Source of the DNA: Octopus sinensis
Lineage: Eukaryota
Direction of reading: 5' to 3'
Length of the DNA: 64,000 nucleotides
Assembly (NCBI RefSeq): GCF_006345805.1
Contig: NC_043015.1
Span: forward strand, 8,556,001 to 8,620,000
The translations under genes were made by a program, and so were the position numbers. This document shows positions 1-14,904 of the stretch, one piece after another (positions within the stretch are counted from its first letter, which is position 1; every line of letters starts with the position of its first letter). The notes under the pieces were generated by a model, which was given only the letters and a program-made list of their open reading frames with translations, was not told the origin of the DNA and did no database searches.

Positions 1-43
1 TCTTTCCTTCTGGCAGATAATTTCGTTTGACACACGCTCGTAC

Positions 44-61
44 ATGGCAGCCGCAACGAAA
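44..61 (+). CDS. Candidate exon 1 coding part (exon 17-61) of putative + strand gene: MAAATK
   Basis: Acceptor tctttccttctggcag at 1-16, ATG at 44, donor AAA|gtaact; only frame 0 is open. Confidence 0.3.
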
Positions 62-1234
62 GTAACTCTGGACTTTTTCCAAGAAATTACACTACGGAGC
101 GATCAAGACAATTAATGGTTTCTATACAACGCTCCCATATTAATTTTTGTTTTTTAATTATTTAAACTGTTAGGAAGTAAAAAAACAACATTTGTTTCCA
201 AATTTACCATTTACTGTAGTAATTCTAACAGACTTTCATTTTCACCTCTTGTTTCTATTTTTGTTCTTCATACATGATATCTTGTTTTGCAAATATGAAA
301 TGTCACGCTTCATCTTAGTTACGTTGTTGTCTGCATACATGCCAGATCCTGACACAAATTAATTCCGATAGTGTTCATCTATGATATAAATGTATTACGC
401 GTGAAATCTTTAAAACATTCATTTAATCATATCAGTGTTACCGTTGAGAAAGTAGCGAAAAATTAAACGTTGGCAAAATTACTTTGAATAGACAGTTATT
501 TAGAAATTACAAAAAAAAAGTGTATATGCCCCTTTTTGTAAACTTGTGGTATTTATTATAAAATATTTTATAAAATTCTGTGGATTAGATCTTCACACAG
601 AGCTCATCGTGTTACTCGCAGTCCTTTTTTACTCGGGTTCAATATTATAAAGTTAAAGGGCAATATAATCGATTATTCTACTTTACCAATTTCTGGCCTG
701 ATGCCTATGGTATTAAGTATTCGTAAATATTTCATACTTAACATTAATTTATATTTCCCCTTCCTTCAGTTAAGGAAAACTTATGCAATTTCAAGTAGGC
801 CTCTTTTTAGGCTATAAAGTAGGACTACGAACATCATTTAAACAGGCAATGGATAATTTTATCAAATGATTACCGGCCAAAATTTGTCTATCTTTATAGT
901 ATATCACATACGTGAAATTGTTATCACGGAACAGCACACGTAGACCGAAGTAAGGCGTTGTTAGTATCAATAAAACCAGATAAAAAAACACTTAAAGTTT
1001 ACTGGGAAAGTTTAGAAACATTTACCCATATAATTGCAAGCATAGACATATGTGTTGAGGTATACACAATGTTATATACTTGACTATATATAAAGCCCGC
1101 TTATTTATGTGCAATGCTACATGCAGAATACTCTTCTTTTAAGATGCAGTAAATATGGGATTGACAAGCTGGGCGCTAGATCTCTTAATAATGCAATTTT
1201 AATTCATGACATATATTGACTACTCAGATGGATG

Positions 1235-1622
1235 TGGAGGCGCAATGGCCCAGTGGTTAGGGCAGCGGACTCGCGGTCATAGGATCGCGGTGTCGATTCC
1301 CAGACCGGGCGTTGTGAGTGTTTATTGAGCGAAAACACCTAAAAGCTCCACGAGGCTCCGGCAGGGAATGGTGGTGATCCCTGCTGTACTCTTTCACCAC
1401 AACTTTCTCTCACTCTTACTTCCTGTTTCTGTTGTACCTGTATTTCAAGGGGCCGGCCTTGTCACTCTCTGTGTCACGCTGAATATCCCCGAGAACTACG
1501 TTAAGTGTGCACGTGTCTGTGGAGTGCTCAGTCACTTACACTTTAATTTCACGAGCAGGCTGTTCCGTTGATTCGGATCAACCGGAACCCTCATCGTCGT
1601 AACCGACGGAGTGCTTCCACAC
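1235..1622 (+). mobile_element. tRNA-derived SINE (family C), full length, with 13-bp TSD
   Basis: A/B-box-like head (tggcccagtggttag ... gtgtcgattccc); ACTCAGATGGATG duplicated at 1222-1234 and 1623-1635. Confidence 0.9.
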
Positions 1623-1814
1623 ACTCAGATGGATGCTTGTATTTGTTAATATAGTAAACAAAAAGACAAATAATGAAGAATTCCCTCTCATAAATTCCAT
1701 TCAATGTAATTGCAAATCACTTTGAACATTTTCACGAGCATGACGAATTTATTTTCACTTATGTCACTATTTCATAGTGTTATGCAGAATGTGTATATTG
1801 AATACGTTTTATCT

Positions 1815-2112
1815 TTTACTGTTTACTTGTTTCTGTCATTAGGTTATGGCCATGCTTTGGCAATACAATGAAGAATTTTAGTTGAAAAAATCGATCCCAT
1901 ACTTTTAAGCCTGCTACTTATTCTATCGGCCGTATTTGCCGCACCGCTATGTTCGGGGGACATAAACACTGCCACACTGTTTATTGAGCGCTAGGGAAAC
2001 ACACAAGGCCATGGTCAGCACGGAGCTACATTAGAAGCTACGAACCAAAGTGCCTCACTGTGGAACTGAACTCGTGACGATTTGGTTAAGAAGCAAACTG
2101 CTTACAACGTAG
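1815..2112 (-). mobile_element. Degenerate SINE family A copy
   Basis: Recognisable motifs tacttattctatcgg, ttgccgcaccgct, gtggaactgaact shared with the other family A copies. Confidence 0.7.
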
Positions 2113-2800
2113 CAGAATAGTTATACTCAATGTGCTCAGTGACGACCTGATGCCTAGTTGTATCAAGAAGAAATGATGGCTCTGGGACCAGGTTACTTTG
2201 ACAATTTTAGCCCTAATTTAATGAAAACAGGAACTCTGATTTCCGTTATGTAACTACTTTGGAAGGGATAGCTTATTACTTATAGAAATAGGTGATGTCC
2301 TCATTATCATCGTGTGCAGAGTATGAGAGATAACATATTTTACATTGGTGTATACATTTTGTCTTGTTTATCTTTATAAATTTATTAAATTTATTACATA
2401 TATGAATTATTTTTCAACGAGTCTGAAGTACCATCGTCTTTAGTGTGTAAAATGGGTAAATATTTTACAGGCGATGACAGTGTAGTATAAACACGCAGAT
2501 GTCTACCATTATTTCACGTACATAATGACCTCTAATATCTTCTGCTATCGCTGTATATACAAAATGAGAAATTCTCTTATTATGTTAGTGCATGATTAAT
2601 TTACATATCCTTTCAAACATGCATAAACACCTCTTCTTTTCTTTGTTGCATTAAACGTGAAAACATGCATTAACAGTGACATTTTTCAATGAAAATTCGT
2701 TTTTACAATGATTAATATAATATTCCATAAAGAAGACATGTATCCGGAGAGTAATATAATATATGTTATGAAAAGTAGAGTATTATTTTCTTTATTACAG

Positions 2801-2882
2801 TATGGTGATATATTTCAAGTGAAAATTTACAACAGAGTCATGATATTCACTTTCGCGATTGGTGTTTCATACTGTATTGAAG
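2801..2882 (+). CDS. Candidate exon 2: YGDIFQVKIYNRVMIFTFAIGVSYCIE(G)
   Basis: Strong acceptor tattattttctttattacag and strong donor AAG|gtatgc; only frame 0 open; phase 0 to 1. Confidence 0.45.
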
Positions 2883-2899
2883 GTATGCTAAATAACACA

Positions 2900-2995
2900 T
2901 TGTAGGGCACTGCCCAAGAATTTATGACGGACGAATTGGAACATCGCTGCGGATTAGCTAGGGATCTCGTCTGGAGCAAGTCTCCGTTAATTCTT
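2900..2995 (+). repeat. Dispersed repeat fragment related to 4110-4250
   Basis: Shared gcaytgcccaa...gacrgacgaattg...gctaygg(g)a core; family unidentified. Confidence 0.5.
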
Positions 2996-3005
2996 TTTAT
3001 ATATA

Positions 3006-3168
3006 GGAGTGGCTGTGTGGTAAGTAGCTTGCTTACCAACCACATGGTTTCGGGTTCAGTCCCTCTGCGTGGCACCGTGGGCAAGTGTCTTCTACTATAG
3101 CCCCGGGCCGACCTAAGCCTTGTGAGTGGATTTGCTAGACGGAAACTGAAAGAAACCCGTCGTATATA

Positions 3169-3227
<59 letters not shown>

Positions 3228-3465
3228 TGTGTGTGTGTGTGTGTGTGTGTGTGTTTGTGTGTCTGTGTTTGTCCTCCCAACATCACTTGACAACCGATGC
3301 TGGTGTGTTTACGTCCCCGTCACTTAGCGGTTCGGCAAATATACCGACACAATACGTACTAGGCTTACAAAGAATAAGTTCTGGGGTCGATTTGCTCGAC
3401 TAAAGGTGGTGCTCCAGCATGGCTGCAGTCAAATGACTGAAACAAGTAAAAGAGTAAAGAGTAAA
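3006..3465 (+). mobile_element. tRNA-derived SINE family A (Deu/Nin-like central domain inferred) with internal (TA)n(TG)n
   Basis: Head ggagtggctgtgtggtaag...gggttcagtccc, conserved gccttgtgagtggattt...ggaaactgaaagaa domain, gagtaaa tail; at least 8 copies in the window. Confidence 0.9.
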
Positions 3466-3489
3466 GTGATATATATAGTTTAAATAAAG

Positions 3490-3905
3490 CTTCAATTGGT
3501 GAACCCGGTGTTTGCCATCGCCGATGTCCATCAGACCGTTATTGAGGCGGACTTCCTTTCAGCACACTTGCTATTGGTTGGTTTGCAAGGGAGATGACTC
3601 ATCAATAGCAACACATTCGCTTCTGTGCCTCAGCCATAGCAAGTTTTTCAAACCAAGAACGAATTCTCGAATCTCCTGGCGAGTGGCCCCAATCTCACTA
3701 CCCTGACATTCTCCAAACCTACATCCCACCACGGAATGACACACCACATCCCCTCCCCCCGTGCACGACCGCGCACATCGTCTGTCACCAGACAAACTTC
3801 CTATCACAAAGGCTGAGTTTGACAATATTGCTGGCGTTGGGCATTGTCTACAAATCAAGTAGTCTCTGGTAGTCATCCCGGCATGTGCCACCGAAAGAAG
3901 CCTGC
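3490..3905 (+). mobile_element. Ty3/Gypsy pol fragment (protease C-terminus to RT N-terminus), frameshifted
   Basis: Manual translation: VFAIADVHQTVIEADFLSAHLLLV; PPVHDRAHRLSPDKLPITKAEFD; LGIVYKSSSLW*SSRHVPPK, matching Gypsy W.F.IADV..PILGADFL and PPV..RPRRL.P.KL..AK.EFD.ML..GI..PS.SPW.SP.H.V.K. Confidence 0.8.
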
Positions 3906-4774
3906 CAGAGACTGCCTCCCGTTCTGATATAAAATTCTTATTTTAAAGTGAATTAATTGAAAACTTTCATTAAAATTTATCCTAATTTATATTCTGAACA
4001 GCAACTTGAAGAAGAAAAAAATATTTTATTGGTATAAATTCCTTCAAATTTAATTCAAATAAGGACAATAAATCGCCTTCCGAATTCCAACGAGAGTCAA
4101 CTATTCTGGAGTGGGGAGACATGTTTAGTGCATTGCCCAAAGATTTGCGACAGACGAATTGTATACAGGAACTTCGCTACGCGCTCGCTACGCGCTAGCT
4201 ACGGGACTGGTCGGCAGCGACGCGGACTTCCGGTTAAGCGTGTTTTAACGATGCAAGCTTTCACTATCGGCTGTCATCTTTATGGCTTTAACTAAATAAT
4301 TTTTCCACTAACATATTCTGGGTCCCTGTTAATTTATTTTATTTTTTTTGGTACATAGCTTAACAAAAGCTAAAACATATATAAGAGAATATTAAAATGT
4401 GAACAACTTGCACAAGAACTGTGAATACAAATTTTAATAGGGTAAATAAGATTCGAATATCCATCAGGGTGAATGTAAAAGTCATGATATATTATAAGAT
4501 GAACATGATTTGGATAAATGGGCTACTAACTGATAGGTTGTCCTTTGTATTCTCACACACTTCGAATAGTAACATAAATAAACGAACATTAAATATTGGG
4601 TACAAACATATGCAAAATACAAATAAATTCGGACAGCCTGCGTTAGGGATATCCATAAAGATCGAAGATTACAAAATTCCAAATTATAATGTCTAATTTC
4701 AAAACAAGAAAAGTCATAACAACCGTAACATTGCATGAATGCGCATATAATTGTAAGCGTGCTCGCACATACAT

Positions 4775-4843
<69 letters not shown>

Positions 4844-4911
4844 TATATATATAATGAGATAGAAGGATGAGAGATAGAGACGTGCATGGGTGTGGGTATG
4901 TCAGTATATAT

Positions 4912-4976
<65 letters not shown>

Positions 4977-5066
4977 TATATGTATATATATATACGTATA
5001 TATATAATGTAAGCGCAAACACACAAATATACGTACCTATATATATATATGCTCATAGAGATATAT
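4775..5066. repeat. (CA)n/(TA)n compound microsatellite
   Basis: Direct reading. Confidence 0.95.
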
Positions 5067-5552
5067 AGCCCTATGAGTAGTTTTCTCTATAAATGAGTAT
5101 GTGTCTGTATGTGTATGTCTGTGTGTGTGAATGTGCATGTTACTATTAATTTTATGAATACAGGCATGGGCGCCAAAGCGTGCGCATATGCACACATACG
5201 TTTATAAAATGGTAGATATATACGTATAAACATATATACAGAAAAAATTAGACATGTAAATACATACAAGCACGTATGCATTTTATACACTATATATATA
5301 TATATATATATACTCTAGTTAAAGCAGCTGAAAATTATATATATATATATATTAATAGTAACTCTCAAACGAACGGGAACATGAAACTCAGAGTTATAGG
5401 TTTTGTTGAATTTTCTGCTGCTTTAAATAAAGCATATTGCTCTACCACTGGTATTTGAGTACTCTTTTTTCCACCTTGTTTCACATTTATGTGTTTACTC
5501 AGGTATTTATATATATATATAAATATATATATATAATCTGTATCCATTATAA

Positions 5553-5684
5553 CCTTCGAACAAGGGAGGTCAGCCGCTTCACACTGCCATTCTGACAGCT
5601 ACAGACGCATTTCGGGGTATTGCCCATTGTCAATGTAGCGCAGTCAGACCCGCAGGTGTTGCCACTGACGTCTCTGTTCGAAGG
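5553..5684. mobile_element. Short MITE-like element with 10-bp TIR
   Basis: CCTTCGAACA (5553-5562) and TGTTCGAAGG (5675-5684); degenerate TTAA-like flanks. Confidence 0.45.
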
Positions 5685-7130
<1,446 letters not shown>

Positions 7131-8280
7131 GTGTTTGTGCTATCCAATTCCATAGGATATATGCTTTTATATGTAACAATAAGTACTTTTGCCTGCTTCC
7201 GATCGTGTACTGGTGGCATATGGTCAAATTTGATAGATGTACACAATACTTATTACTAGTTCGAAATTAGATGCCAACTTTCAGTTTCAAAGGACGATTT
7301 TACGTGAATATTTCAAAGATATAACTAGCACTCTGTCTTTTACTACAGCCAGCATTTCGCCTGATCCGATCAACGGAATAGCCCGCCTGTGGTATTATAT
7401 TTGAACTGGCTAAGAATTCTACGAATAGGCGTACTAATAACGTAGTTCAAAGGGAATCAAGAATGACACACATTAGGACAAGGCTGGGCCTTTGAATTAC
7501 AGGTAAAATATATATTTCCCAGTGGAGTGGAGAGTAACAATGTGAAATAATGGGACTTAGTCAAGGAACTCATGAGCTTACGAAGGTGTGACGAATTCAG
7601 CCTCACTATGCTGTAGCTTTCATATCGATGAGATATATTTATATTCAGGGACAAACACACAACACATACTCGGAATACTCATTTATGTATGGAATACGCG
7701 TTTATATATGGATTAGACGGAATACACGTTTATATATGTATGAGCACATATGAACATCATATGTGTAATAGATAATGCGCATAGTTTTGTCCCGCTTTGT
7801 CTCTGAAACGAACACGTATCACACAGTCAGAATTACACACAGACATACACTTAAGACAACACACTCACACACGCATACACACACATCCCACGCGTTTATT
7901 TATATTTGCAAACGTAAACTTATATAACCACTCTTTTATGAAGCTTTTCTTAACATAAATATTTTCGATATACATTTATATAGAGATCGCCAATTTTCAT
8001 TTAAAAATGTATTTGATTATTAAAAGATGTAATTACAGGGAAATATATTTGTTGCAGAGCATTTTGAATTAATATTTTCATGAAATGTTACAATTGTATT
8101 CTAGATATGCACTTTTCCACCATAAGCAAATTATGGAATTTGATCAGATACATAAAATATAAATATCACCTTTTCTTTTGTAACTGTTGCTACTCCCACC
8201 TCGTGGGCAACTGGACAGAATGTATATTTGTAATATTCTTAAGATAGTTCCTCTTTACCATTTATTTAATAGAAATCTAG

Positions 8281-8385
8281 CTTATTACTCACAAGCAGAA
8301 CACCACCGTCAAAAAGCAATTGTTGAGAACATAAAACGTTATCTCACATATCATCCCAAATTCTGTAATCCCAGGACTACCGAGG
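8281..8385 (+). CDS. Candidate exon 4: (T)YYSQAEHHRQKAIVENIKRYLTYHPKFCNPRTTE
   Basis: Acceptor tttatttaatagaaatctag, donor AGG|gtatta; 105 nt; only the phase-1 frame is open. Confidence 0.35.
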
Positions 8386-9269
8386 GTATTAAAACAACGG
8401 ATGCTTAAACTAATGCACATTTCATATTAGAATATAATTCTTTCTGAATGATACTCCAAAGCTAATGTGTTTTTCGTACATAGTTGCGTTTACACTTCTA
8501 TGAAACATATACGCAAAATAAGTAAAATATGTCTGAAATTATATACGCAAGGCAATATGATTAAAATGAATGTGTTGTAGTAAGAATATCCCGATAACGC
8601 ATCACAACAATTAGACTTCAATATACCATCGCAATAGAAATGCAGTATATATATTTATATACGTTTACAAATGCGAAATAAATGCGTAAGTCAGCGCAGT
8701 TATATGAAAAGAGTTTTCAGAAAACAATTATTTAAAAATGTAAGTAATCTCATGTCTCACAATGTTTGATGAATAAAAGAAAATGCATCTAAGTAAGCAA
8801 GAGAGTAAAGTCAGTAATCACATGGAATAAATTAACAGAAGAAAAAAGGAAAGAAATAGACCTGGAAAATAACATGATAAATGTACAGGAACGAAACATT
8901 AATAAATAAATAGCGAAAAATACAATGGAGATATAGTATAGAATACAAAATTATGACTCATATAAAGAAAGGAGAGGAGAAAAAAAACTGAATATTTATC
9001 CAAATAAATATTTTGATGCATACACTTAGATACTATATTGAATTAAACATTAATTATTCATGAAATAAATTCTAGAGACATTATTCACATTTGCTCAAGC
9101 ACATATCTTTATAATTCTTTATGCTTGGAATGATTATTTCTCTTCAATGTTTTTGACTGTCATTTTGAGCATTAAAAATATTCCTTTATTTCATAATACT
9201 AAAGAAAATCTTTATTTTTATTCCAACAATTTTCTTTTATATGAAAGAATATATTTTCATTTTCCTTGG

Positions 9270-9330
<61 letters not shown>

Positions 9331-9949
9331 GTTTTCTTATTATTCTTGCTTTCGCCAATTAAGATCTGTAGAAAAGTGTACAAAATCTCAAGATATATTT
9401 GTCTGAATCAAGTTGTTGATTCAGATATTTATTTCTTCATGCTGGTTTCTCTTGATGAATGCAAGCATCACAATTTCATTGCTTTTCATGCTGTGGAATA
9501 TATAAATACCTATAAACGAATTATAGAAATAAATTGTTTCCTTTATTCTATCGTTCTCACAAAACATCCTCTTTCTTTTTAGCTCTTTTCCTCTCTTCTC
9601 TCTCTGTCTCTCTCTCTCAATATACCATTTTATGTACTCGATATAACATTTCCTTTTCCTTTATCTCTCAGCGCTCCAAAATATGTATTGTCATAACAAA
9701 GAAAATATTCTATCAGAGACAAGACAAGATTTCATGTCAAACGTGTATGGATAATGATATTAGACTTGGAATCATAAACGTTTTAATTCTCAGAAGCTGT
9801 AGAGTAAAAGAAACGAATTAACAGTTCGCAAGAGGCAAAGTAAAATAGCTACATGTAATCACAAATATGAAGAGACACAAAAACCTGCATTGATAAACAA
9901 ACATTTATGGGAACTGAGGAGCCGTACACAGACACACACATGCACACAC

Positions 9950-9970
9950 TCGTATATGTATGTGTATATG

Positions 9971-10018
<48 letters not shown>

Positions 10019-10042
10019 ATATATATATATATATATATTATA

Positions 10043-10125
<83 letters not shown>

Positions 10126-10923
10126 TTATATGCATATATATATATTTATATACATATATATATATATATTTATATATTTATATATTTATATATACATACA
10201 TATTCATGTATATATATATATATATATATAATATATATATATAATATATATATAAGTATATATGTATGTATATGGGTATATATGGTGAGATAAATAGATA
10301 AAGTGAGAGAGATAGAGAGACGGACAAAGCGAGAGAGGGAGAGAGAGAGGTGAGAGAAATTATCGCATTTAAGCACAGAAAATTGAATTTCAATATGGAT
10401 AAACGTACGTGCTAAAACACATAGGAAAACAAATATACATACGCAAGCATGATTTCAGACAAACATGTATGTCATTAAGCGTATATATCGATATATTGTT
10501 TTATGACTACACAAATTTACATTCGCATACATACACAGACACGCGTGCGCATACATGCAAACGTATATATATATGAAATATACGGATATACATATATACA
10601 TATGTGTGTATGTGTGTGTACATATAACTGTATACATATATCTATGTATAAATATGTGTGTATATGCATGTATATATATGAGTGTATAAATGTATACATA
10701 CATAAATGTAAAAGTACCTACATATATACATACACACACACGCACACACATATATTTATTAATATACAGATATATGTGAGTGTGCCAGAGTGTCCATATT
10801 TGTGTTCGAATTTGCGACCGCACAAATACAAACATTTAAAGACAGTTTTTGATATAGTTTCAAATTACAAACAGAAATATTTTTCAAACGTAATATCTCA
10901 ATATATATGTATATGAATCCCAT

Positions 10924-10990
<67 letters not shown>
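9950..10990. repeat. (TA)n, (GA)n and (CA)n microsatellite-rich tract
   Basis: Direct reading. Confidence 0.9.
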
Positions 10991-11000
<10 letters not shown>

Positions 11001-11670
11001 TATCATACACATACTTTTAACTGCATAGTCGCACATTGAATGATTCACACGAAATATACGTTGTATCAGTACATAATATTATGCGAGGAAAGCGTGATAT
11101 AATTTAATGAAGATATGGTGGGAAATTTTTGAGTTTTGAATGAATTAACTTAGTAAATTGTTTAAACAGAATGCATTACATAGAATGTAGTGGTAGTTTG
11201 ACGCAATCGTATTGTATCAGTTTAAAGTTAATGGATCTTAGGTTCTCGTCTGAGAGTATATAATATTACTTCTGAACAAATTAATACATGGACAGTATAA
11301 TACAAATATATATACATAAAATAGTACTGTATTTTGTAGAATATACATTATACATTTGTTAATATTCGCCCTTTTTCATGATCGGGTATAAAATTGAGTA
11401 TAAAATTCACCAAGCACGCTAGAACACAAAAGTACTGCCCATATTTAAAGTAGTGAATAAACAAGTGTTGTGATTGATTAAATAATTTTATATCTACCGT
11501 GAAATTACTTTTCAAATTATCCCAAATGGTTTATAATTAATGACATTACACCCTTGAGTTGCATATGACAAAATGATTGTCCTTTTATTAAAGACATGTT
11601 GCAGTTACATGCAATTATATATAAATATACGTATATGTGTATGTATATTTTTTATTACATATGTACATAC

Positions 11671-11749
<79 letters not shown>

Positions 11750-12131
11750 CAGAGAGAGAGAGGGGGGCGAGAAAGAGAAAGCGAAGAAAAAGCACAACTA
11801 AACCAAGTATGTCAAGTGATTTATAGTTTTTAATTGAAGTGAGGTGAATTACTTAGTTTTACTTAATTAGTTTTAATTACTTCTAATTCACATCATTGTA
11901 ATTAAATACGTTAAATGAATTAAGATACTCGTCCTGCTTTGGCCTTGGTATCCTTTTTCCTCTAATATATACCTGTTAATACGCAATCCTACCACGGATC
12001 ACTATGAGTGGTCAAACCTTACGGATGACCAATCCTAGCACTTATACAGCGTACCTCTTCGTTCAGATCATGAGTGAAATAAACCCCTCATATTCTCTCT
12101 CTCCCTCACCCTATATACATGTAAAATATAC

Positions 12132-12195
<64 letters not shown>

Positions 12196-12211
12196 GTATA
12201 TATATATATAT

Positions 12212-13060
12212 AAAATGGGACAAGAACGCAAACATCCAGATAGACGATACAATGAAAACAAGGAAGGTGTTTTCTATCCTCAGTCGAGTTCCAGATTATT
12301 TCTGCAATTTCTGCTGGTTATTGCCCCAATGTTGTCAGCACCAAAGAAAAACTAAGCTAACATCATTATATTCGTTGGAAGAAAGCAGAGAATTTATACG
12401 GAAACAATGACAGAAAAAGAACACAACAGGACTTAACGACAAGTGTGTTTCGACTAAGGACGAATAAAATTAAGCTGGCGCGTGTGGAAGGAAAGCCTTA
12501 CGTCAGGGACAAAAGATTGTCAGTCACAAAGTGGAATATGGATGTTGCATGCATGGTATTTGAACGAAGAAACGTCAGGCTTGGCCGAACACCGGTCACG
12601 TGGGGAGAGAAGAGGAGAAGTGGAGGCAGAGGGGTAGAAGAAATAAGGAGGGATGAGGAAAAATTAAGGTGTCACAGTGAAATGAAGAGAGGAGGGAATG
12701 TGAGAATGAAGAGAAGGTTAGGTAAAGTGGAAGAGGGGAAACGAAAGAACGAAGAGTGGAATGAACGAAGTAAGTGTGAAAGAGCTGATAGAAAGAAGGG
12801 AAGAATGAAAGAATAGAAGGAGTAGAGTCGTACAAGATTTTGATAAATATATATATACTTACATATAAGAAACCAAAGTGTACGTACGCCGCTATGTTTT
12901 TTTTTTAATTAAAAAATACAAAATGGGACAACAATGCAAAACAGCCATACGGATAAGTGATACGAAAAAGGGACAACAAACATCTAGATAGACGATACAA
13001 AGAAAACAACGACGGACGGATCATTCGGTGTATTCTATCCTCAGCCGAGTCCCAGATGTA
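12212..13060 (-). mobile_element. Non-coding direct-repeat-flanked element (putative non-autonomous PLE / retrozyme-like)
   Basis: Diverged repeats aaaatgggacaa...aaacatcyagatagacgatacaa...tctatcctcagycgagtyccagat at ~12212-12300 and ~12920-13060; core homologous to 29419-29997. Confidence 0.55.
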
Positions 13061-13472
13061 TTTACATGTGCGTATAAAAAATTATACACCCACACATATA
13101 CACTCTATGTGACTTTTTGTGTATGTGTATCTTCTAGAGAGTGAGTGTTACATCGTTAGAATTCTAGAATAACTAATGTGACAATATTATCATTACCTTA
13201 GTTACAAGAGTGTGGGGGGTTACCTTTAAAAATTTTGAGAACCTAATATTTCATTTAATGATTTCAGCACGTTTTCCGCTTCTTATTTTAGAATATTCAT
13301 GCGCTGTAACTACATCAAAATGAATACACTTTATTAATTTGAAAAAATAAAACAAAAATTATAGCTAATAATGAAATTACACCTATCGCTGAAAGAGAAA
13401 ATATTCGAATTATGTTGTTTTTCATAGATTATTCCTCCTTTTCATTTTCCACATATGATTCGTATTTTCCAG

Positions 13473-13509
13473 AGGTAGCCTTCCAGCAAAATGAGGGGAT
13501 ATATTACCA
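13473..13509 (+). CDS. Candidate exon 5: (E)VAFQQNEGIYY(H)
   Basis: Acceptor gattcgtattttccag, donor CCA|gtaaga; only the phase-1 frame is open; ends in phase 2. Confidence 0.3.
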
Positions 13510-13925
13510 GTAAGACAGAAAGGATTACTGGCATGTTTGTAGTTAATTTGGTTTAATAGGTGTTGGAAAACAAATTACAGTTTCAGCTGGCTTAATAGTA
13601 CGTACATAGACGCACGATTACAAGCACTATGCAAGCACGCACATAATCACTCAGTCATACACACTCTCTTTGTCTCTCTTAGGCATTAAGCAAGAAATAT
13701 ATGATGGATCGTGTTTGGGGTGCAATCAGACAATGATTTTCTTTTCGTTCTGTATATCACCTTAGCAATTTTCGATAATTCTTTCTCGTAGTCGTTTAAT
13801 ATGTCTAATCGCAAGCACACACACACACGCACACACACACGCACGCACGCACACATGCACTCTCACACACATAGTTATGCATAAATTATATTTGTCTGTA
13901 CGTGCGTTTGTTTGTATGTACTTAC

Positions 13926-14070
13926 GCACAAATAGATTTATCCATTGAAACTAAGATGGACTGTGTTGCATTCTTATATTGAATCCCCTTCAGAATTCCA
14001 GAAATAGAAGCGTTGTTTTTCCATATACCAATGTTTTGTAATATATCTTTTGTCGGACGAACACTAAACT
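13926..14070 (-). CDS. Candidate - strand exon: FSVRPTKDILQNIGIWKNNASISGILKGIQYKNATQSILVSMDKSIC
   Basis: Donor GC|gtaagt; 68-aa open frame; acceptor weak and ambiguous. Confidence 0.2.
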
Positions 14071-14759
14071 CTGCATACCCAAAATATTTCGCACAGCATA
14101 GTAAAAACAGATTCATCCAACTATCCAATGCAACAACATTGTATAAGTTACATTAAGTTTATACATAACCCCACAGCTCTCTTTAATTAATTTTATCAAT
14201 TAGCTTTATCTGGCTAATGTTTTACAAATGTTTCGCTATATATGCGTGTGTTTGTGTGTATGTGCGTGTGTGTGTTTGCGCGTGCATGTGGTGTATAAAC
14301 TAAAACTGAGCATTCTGCCTTTTCAATCCGGAGGAAATTGAGGAAATCCTGAGGAGAAACACGACCATGTTGGTTAAATTTCGAAATCACGTGAAACGGT
14401 TTTATCAAAATATCTCATTCTGTGAGTTTATATCACTGAAGAATGATGTCGTGGCTTCCGCTCACAGGTTTTCAATATCTCATGAGTTTGATGATTTTGT
14501 GTGGGTATTCCAGTTATATATTTTACCTCCTATTTCTAGCAATTGCAGATCTTATTTTACACCCCTATTTCTTAATTTTTCTGTTTTTTGTTTTAACTGC
14601 CATAACAATCTATATTATATCGATATACCATAAAAAAATTATTTAGTATTATATCTCATTATATGTACATCTTGAACAACATACTGGTGAACAGTGTTGT
14701 GTTTAGAAATTTACTATTTCTTTTAATCACACAACTTGAGATATTCAGCAACAGTAATT

Positions 14760-14904
14760 TGTAGTAAAGATTGTTTGCCAACATAACATGGCGGTACTGG
14801 TTTAGGACTAAGGTTGCTGTTATTTAGCCCCAGGAACTAAATTACAGCAACATTTCTCCTAAACCAGGACTGCCATGTTATGCTGGCAAACAATCTTTAC
14901 TACA
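14760..14904. mobile_element. Foldback / MITE with ~65-70 bp imperfect inverted arms
   Basis: tgtagtaaagattgtttgcc...gttgctgt mirrored by acagcaac...ggcaaacaatctttactaca. Confidence 0.8.

Noticed and set aside
2801-2882. Resemblance of YGDIFQVKIYNRVMIF to a cytochrome P450 N-terminal segment
   Set aside because: Neighbouring exons show no P450 motifs; no gene symbol assigned.
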